Of a DNA stretch of 64,000 bases, positions 59,322-64,000 are shown in pieces (positions within the stretch are counted from its first letter, which is position 1; every line of letters begins with the position of its first letter). A program made the position numbers and the translations under genes. The stretch is from an uncultured delta proteobacterium (lineage in GTDB: Bacteria > Myxococcota > Myxococcia > Myxococcales > Anaeromyxobacteraceae). Location of the stretch: the NCBI GenBank assembly GCA_963814585.1, contig CAWFDF010000004.1:96001-160000 (forward strand), written 5' to 3'. The notes beneath the pieces are model-generated. The model did not search any database and was not told the origin of the DNA. It worked only from the letters and a program-made list of their open reading frames with translations.

Positions 59322-60601
59322 GCGCACCCTCCCAGCCCCGGACCAGCCGTGGCTTCACGCTGCTGGAGCTCGCCATCGGGATCGGCCTCTCGGCCATCGT
59401 CATCGCCGCGGCCATGACGCTGCTCATCCAGCAGCAGCGCTCCTACACCGTCTCCGCCACCGACCGGGCCCACCAGGAGGCCGGACAGGCCGCGCTGCGT
59501 GAGATCGGCTACCGGCTGCGGATGGCCGGCTACGGCGTCGATCCCAACCTGACCTTCGACTTCGGTCCCCAGGCGCTCCCGGCGCCGCGCACCGGCGCCC
59601 CGACCAACGCCGTGGTCTTCGACGCGCGGAGCACCTACCGCTGCGCCACGGCCGTCACCTGCCGCGACCGCACCGGGGAGTCGGACGAGATCGTCTTCCT
59701 CGGCCGGAACCCGCTCTTCAGCCGGACCGTGACCTCCTTCGACAGCAGCACCCTGGTCTTCCGGGGCGGGCTGACCCGGCCGATCTACAGGGGGCAGATC
59801 CTGCAGGTGGCCTGCCTGGGCGGGAGCCAGGCGCGAGGCTACGTCACGGCGGCCTCCACGGTGCTGCCCACGGCGCCCGTCCCCGATCCGGGCGAGCTGG
59901 TGCGGGTCACGCTGCAACCGGCCGCGATGGCCGGCCCGGCCCGGGTCTTCCCGTTCGAGAACGCCGTCTCCACCGATCCCTGCTGGGGCCTGACCGCCGC
60001 CGGCGAGGCGCCGGTGGTGACCCAGGTCATCCGCTACCGGTTCTACGTGGAGTGGTTCAGCCCGGCCGGCCAGGTGGTGGCCGCCCAGACCCCCGAGGCC
60101 CGGCCCTACCTGATGCTGGACCAGGGGCTCTTCGACGAGTTCGGCTTGGCCATCAACCTGCCGGTGGCCCCGGACGTCGAGGACCTGCAGATCTCCTACT
60201 ACTTCCCGCCGCCGGCGGCGGGACTGGCCAACCGGCTGGTGGGTGCCGAGGTCGGCACCAGCGCCGCGGCGGAGGCCTTCCCGCTCTCGGTGGCCGTCGC
60301 CGCCCCGGCCTACCTGGACGCCCCCGACGCCCCCTCCCGGCAGACCGGCCACCCGGCCAACATCCTGGCGGTCCGGATGGCGGTGGTCATCCGCTCCGCA
60401 GAGAAGGACCTGTCCGCCGCCACCCTCCCGGACCGGACGCTGCCGGCGCTGGGCAACCGGCCCCCCACGGTCGGGCTCTCCAACTACCGGCGCACCCTCT
60501 TCGAGAACACCGTGCTGATCCGCAACCTGCGGAGCACCGCCTTCCCCTATCCACAGGTCGACCCCGCCCGCGTGGATGGCTTCAACGTCGGCGGCGGGTA
60601 A
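59318..60601 (+). CDS. pilW: Minor pilin, PilW-like
   Basis: RG|FTLLELAI, LRMAGYG, VEDLQISY and VLIRN motifs. Confidence 0.78.
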   Translation: MSAPSQPRTSRGFTLLELAIGIGLSAIVIAAAMTLLIQQQRSYTVSATDRAHQEAGQAALREIGYRLRMAGYGVDPNLTFDFGPQALPAPRTGAPTNAVVFDARSTYRCATAVTCRDRTGESDEIVFLGRNPLFSRTVTSFDSSTLVFRGGLTRPIYRGQILQVACLGGSQARGYVTAASTVLPTAPVPDPGELVRVTLQPAAMAGPARVFPFENAVSTDPCWGLTAAGEAPVVTQVIRYRFYVEWFSPAGQVVAAQTPEARPYLMLDQGLFDEFGLAINLPVAPDVEDLQISYYFPPPAAGLANRLVGAEVGTSAAAEAFPLSVAVAAPAYLDAPDAPSRQTGHPANILAVRMAVVIRSAEKDLSAATLPDRTLPALGNRPPTVGLSNYRRTLFENTVLIRNLRSTAFPYPQVDPARVDGFNVGGG

Positions 60602-60611
60602 GGAACGGACC

Positions 60612-61124
60612 ATGCGCCACCTGCAACGCGGCAGTGCCCTCGTCATCGCCACCATCGTCACCCTGATCATCGCGGTGATCGGCATCGGCATGGTCCGGTT
60701 CACCTACCGCCAGACCGCCGGCGCCCTGGCCGGCACCCGGGCCGACGCCCTCTCGGCCTGCGCCGAGGCGGCGCGCAAGATGCTGGAGAGCCGCTTCCAC
60801 GCCCTCTCCCCGACCCAGCCCTTCGACGTGGCCGCGCTCAACGTCAGGCTGGACGGCCCGGGCGGCCGGATGGCCGCGGTGGGCGGCCACATCGACGCCG
60901 ACCCGGCCCAGCTGCTGCTCACCATCAAGCAGGTGGAGCTGCTCAGCCCCAAGGTGATCCAGACCCAGTACAACGAGGAGGACTCCACCAACACCGTCCG
61001 CTTCACGGGATCGATCGGCGGCGCGCCGCTCAAGATCACCGTCCACTGCCAGGAGGGCGACCTCTCCAGCCCCACCTCCGGCCGGCAGATGGAAATCGAA
61101 TACGCCGTGAAGTTCGGCCTCTAG
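60612..61124 (+). CDS. pilX: Minor pilin, PilX-like
   Basis: QRG|SALVIA (no E5) and CAEAA; lies between pilW and pilY1. Confidence 0.7.
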   Translation: MRHLQRGSALVIATIVTLIIAVIGIGMVRFTYRQTAGALAGTRADALSACAEAARKMLESRFHALSPTQPFDVAALNVRLDGPGGRMAAVGGHIDADPAQLLLTIKQVELLSPKVIQTQYNEEDSTNTVRFTGSIGGAPLKITVHCQEGDLSSPTSGRQMEIEYAVKFGL

Positions 61125-61133
61125 GAGCCCACC

Positions 61134-64000
61134 ATGCGCGCTCGCCACCTCAAGCCCCTCGCCCTGGCGCTGATCTCCGCCGCCTTCCTGCCGCTGGCCG
61201 GCGACGCCGCCATCGCGGTCCCGCCCGCCTCGCAGGCCGCCTGCTGCAACACCGCCGACCAGATCCCGTCGCCGTCGCCGACCGGCGACGAGACCTTCTT
61301 CAAGATCCCCGGCGGCGTGCCCAACATCATGGTGCTGCTGGACAGCTCCGGCTCGATGCAGGAGTTCCCCCAGACCATCCGCTACCCCACCTCCGCCACC
61401 TTCCAGGCCGATGGGAACTGCGACTCGACGGTGGATCCGATGCCGGTCGCGTCGCCGGCCGATCCGACCCCCCGCGCCTGGCTCGACGTCGCCGCCGCGA
61501 AGGCCCTGGCCAGCCCCATGCCGGCCGCCGAGCCGGACTACCGGACCTACTACGACGCAGCGCAGACGCTCCCGGCGCTCGTCAACTCGCCGCCATGGAC
61601 GGCGTCCTGCGCCACGACGCCGCGCCCGGCCACGGACCGGGCGGTCGACACCTGCCTCTTCCGCCCGACCAGCTACTACAAGATCTACTCGAACTCGGCC
61701 ACGCCCGGCACCATCACCCTCGAGGCCCCCTCCAACTCCATCAGCAGCGCCTACGTCTTCAACGCCCCGGACCCGACCGTGGCCGGAGTCAACGCCGGAC
61801 CCTGCTCCGCCCTCGATGGCAGCGGGAACATCGTCGGCATGGCCCCGAACCGCGCCAGGTGCGTGTCGTGCCTCAACACCAAGGGGTACTACCTCTTCCG
61901 CTCCACCGGCGGGGTCTACCAGGCCGTCTTCACCGGCACCTTCCTCAACCAGAGCCCGCCCAAGTTCGTCGCCGCCCGCCGCGTGGTCAAGGACCTCGTC
62001 AAGCTCGACCCGCTCAACCCCGGCAACCTCGACCTGGTCCGGTTCGGCATCACCACCTTCAACCCCAATGCCGACAGCAACACCACGCTCGGATCGTCAA
62101 TCCGGGCCAACGACGGCGGCTCGCTCATCGTCCCGCTCGGGCCCAACTGCGACGGGGCCTTCCCGGCGGTCACCTCCGCCTTCGTGACCGCCCGCCAGGG
62201 GATCATCGACGCGGTCAACAACACCAGCCTGGTCCAGTTCCAGTCCTACACGCCGCTGGCCGAGTCGCTCTACAACATCGGCCAGTACTTCTCGAACGGG
62301 GGCTCCAGCTCGCTGTACCAGTCGCTCTTCGGCACCTCCTGGATGAAGACCGCGGGGACCGGGCAGAACTTCGCCGAGACCTCGCCCGGCCAGTCCAACG
62401 CCTCGTGGACGGGGGCCGGGAAGAACCAGCGCTCGTTCTGCTGGGCCTGCCAGCAGTCGGCGGTCATCGTCGTCACCGACGGCGAGCCGACCGGCGACGT
62501 CAACCTCCCCAGGGGCTCGAGCACCTCCCACACCGCCTTCAACAACAACTTCCGGGGCTGGACCAACCCGGCGGTCATCGCGGGGAACGCCGCGATCGAC
62601 GCCCACCAGCTCCACCGGGTGTCCTACTTCCTCGCCAACACCGACCTCCGGCCGGACCAGGCCAACTCCCCGCGTCCACAGACCGTCCACACCTACACCA
62701 TCAGCTTCGGCATCGACGCCGGCACGACGGCCGACCTGCTGCTCAACAAGACCGCCACCAACGGGATGGGTCTGTACCGGAACACCGGCTCCGCCGAGGA
62801 GCTCAAGGACGCCATCGAGACCGCCGCCTCCGACGTGGTGACGCGCGCCACCTCCTTCTCGTCTGCCAACGCCAACTCGCTGCAGACCTCCAAGACCTCG
62901 GGTGTCGACTCCTACCTGGGGCGCTTCCGCCCCAACAACAGCGCCTTCTGGGAGGGGCACCTCTTCGCCGCCGGCATCTTCGACGAGTTCGGCCAGGGAT
63001 GCGACGAGGGCTTCGGCACCGCGGGCCAGAAGGCGACCAGGTGCGGCGTCTACGCGGCCATGAACCCCAACATCGACGGCGACGAGGACGCCTCCACCGG
63101 CAAGGCCATCTGCAAGAGCGCCTACATCATCGACAAGGAGTGCGACCCGGTCATCGAGGACTCCACCGGAGCCTTCAAGAAGGGGGCCTTCGACGCCACC
63201 ACCCACCAGCTCATCAGCACCCCCGACGACGCCGTCCTCTTCTGGGACGCCGGCAAGGTGCTCTCCGACCCGACGCAGACCGGCTACCGCTCGGCCGACG
63301 AGAACGCCACCAACAAGCGGGTCATCTCCACGGTCATCGACGTCAACGGCGACGGCAAGTTCACGGCGGCCGACGGGATGGTGGAGTTCACCGCCGCCAA
63401 CGCCGCCGCCCTGGCGCCCCTCATGAACCTGCCGGCGCTGGGCCAGGCCTCGGCCGCGGCGCTCCCCACCAGCGGCAGCCCGGCCGCGGTCCCCTGGTGC
63501 AACTCCTGGCTCAACGGAATCGGCGTCTGCGGCCTCGCGCCGCTGCCGGCCTGTCCCGCCACCGTGGCGGCGGTCCGGACCAGGTGCGCCGAGCAGATCA
63601 TCCACTTCTACCGCGGCTGGGACGTGATGGACTGGGACCTCGACCACTGCGCCGGCCCGGGCAACCACTACAACACCAACGCCTGGGGCAGCTGCACCAG
63701 CAACGCCAACTGCGGCGGCACCGCCAAGTGCAACACCACCACCAAGAAGTGCATGACGCAGGCCTGCCCCGCCGGCGAGCAGCGCGACCGGGTCAACGAC
63801 TCGCGCGCCATCAACGCCCAGGAGTTCTGGAAGCTGGGCGACATCTTCCACAGCTCGCCGGTGGTGGTGAAGGCGCCCGCCGACAAGTTCACCTGCAAGA
63901 TCGGCATCAACAACCAGTGCCTGCTCACCCTCTTCTCGGCGCTGGGCACCTCGGCCGCCACCCCGACGCCGCTCACCAAGTACGGCGCCTACGACGCCTA
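61134..64000 (+). CDS. pilY1: PilY1 pilus tip adhesin with vWA domain, 3'-truncated (absent from the ORF track)
   Basis: AGGAG RBS and ATG 61134. Signal peptide, PNIMVLLDSSGSM (MIDAS), TPLAESL, VVTDGEP, TYTISFG, WEGHL, FWDAG and KLGDIFHSSP all lie in one frame that runs to the window end. Confidence 0.9.
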   Translation, partial: MRARHLKPLALALISAAFLPLAGDAAIAVPPASQAACCNTADQIPSPSPTGDETFFKIPGGVPNIMVLLDSSGSMQEFPQTIRYPTSATFQADGNCDSTVDPMPVASPADPTPRAWLDVAAAKALASPMPAAEPDYRTYYDAAQTLPALVNSPPWTASCATTPRPATDRAVDTCLFRPTSYYKIYSNSATPGTITLEAPSNSISSAYVFNAPDPTVAGVNAGPCSALDGSGNIVGMAPNRARCVSCLNTKGYYLFRSTGGVYQAVFTGTFLNQSPPKFVAARRVVKDLVKLDPLNPGNLDLVRFGITTFNPNADSNTTLGSSIRANDGGSLIVPLGPNCDGAFPAVTSAFVTARQGIIDAVNNTSLVQFQSYTPLAESLYNIGQYFSNGGSSSLYQSLFGTSWMKTAGTGQNFAETSPGQSNASWTGAGKNQRSFCWACQQSAVIVVTDGEPTGDVNLPRGSSTSHTAFNNNFRGWTNPAVIAGNAAIDAHQLHRVSYFLANTDLRPDQANSPRPQTVHTYTISFGIDAGTTADLLLNKTATNGMGLYRNTGSAEELKDAIETAASDVVTRATSFSSANANSLQTSKTSGVDSYLGRFRPNNSAFWEGHLFAAGIFDEFGQGCDEGFGTAGQKATRCGVYAAMNPNIDGDEDASTGKAICKSAYIIDKECDPVIEDSTGAFKKGAFDATTHQLISTPDDAVLFWDAGKVLSDPTQTGYRSADENATNKRVISTVIDVNGDGKFTAADGMVEFTAANAAALAPLMNLPALGQASAAALPTSGSPAAVPWCNSWLNGIGVCGLAPLPACPATVAAVRTRCAEQIIHFYRGWDVMDWDLDHCAGPGNHYNTNAWGSCTSNANCGGTAKCNTTTKKCMTQACPAGEQRDRVNDSRAINAQEFWKLGDIFHSSPVVVKAPADKFTCKIGINNQCLLTLFSALGTSAATPTPLTKYGAYDA

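Overview
Very GC-rich, gene-dense chromosomal segment from a myxobacterium, most likely Anaeromyxobacter-like (inferred from gene content and order). In order it holds: the 3' part of a type II secretion operon (gspH-N); an orphan chemoreceptor; smc-ftsY-HAD-GNAT; a processive GT2; murI-(romY-like)-ftsEX-envC-ctpA; tolQRAB-ppx; mglC-like, efp, accBC, sgmX-like, an ExeA ATPase and tamB-tamA; and a type IVa pilus region (pilD-sensor kinase-STT3-sigma54 regulator-XRE-pilMNOPQ on the minus strand, diverging from pilA-pilG-pilI-pilH-fimU-pilV-pilW-pilX-pilY1). The best candidate for an undescribed system is an AglB/STT3-like oligosaccharyltransferase gene that is translationally coupled between the pilus two-component genes. 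PilA, PilV and PilY1 carry N-glycosylation sequons, suggesting pilus-dedicated N-glycosylation. Other points of note are a frameshift in a G7 tract of pilQ, a 34-bp operator-like palindrome ahead of an XRE gene leading pilMNOPQ, two sigma54 promoters, a frameshifted lipoprotein and a 35-bp palindromic tandem repeat. No rRNA, tRNA, CRISPR array or mobile element was seen. All calls come from motif recognition and recalled synteny; no database searches were run.
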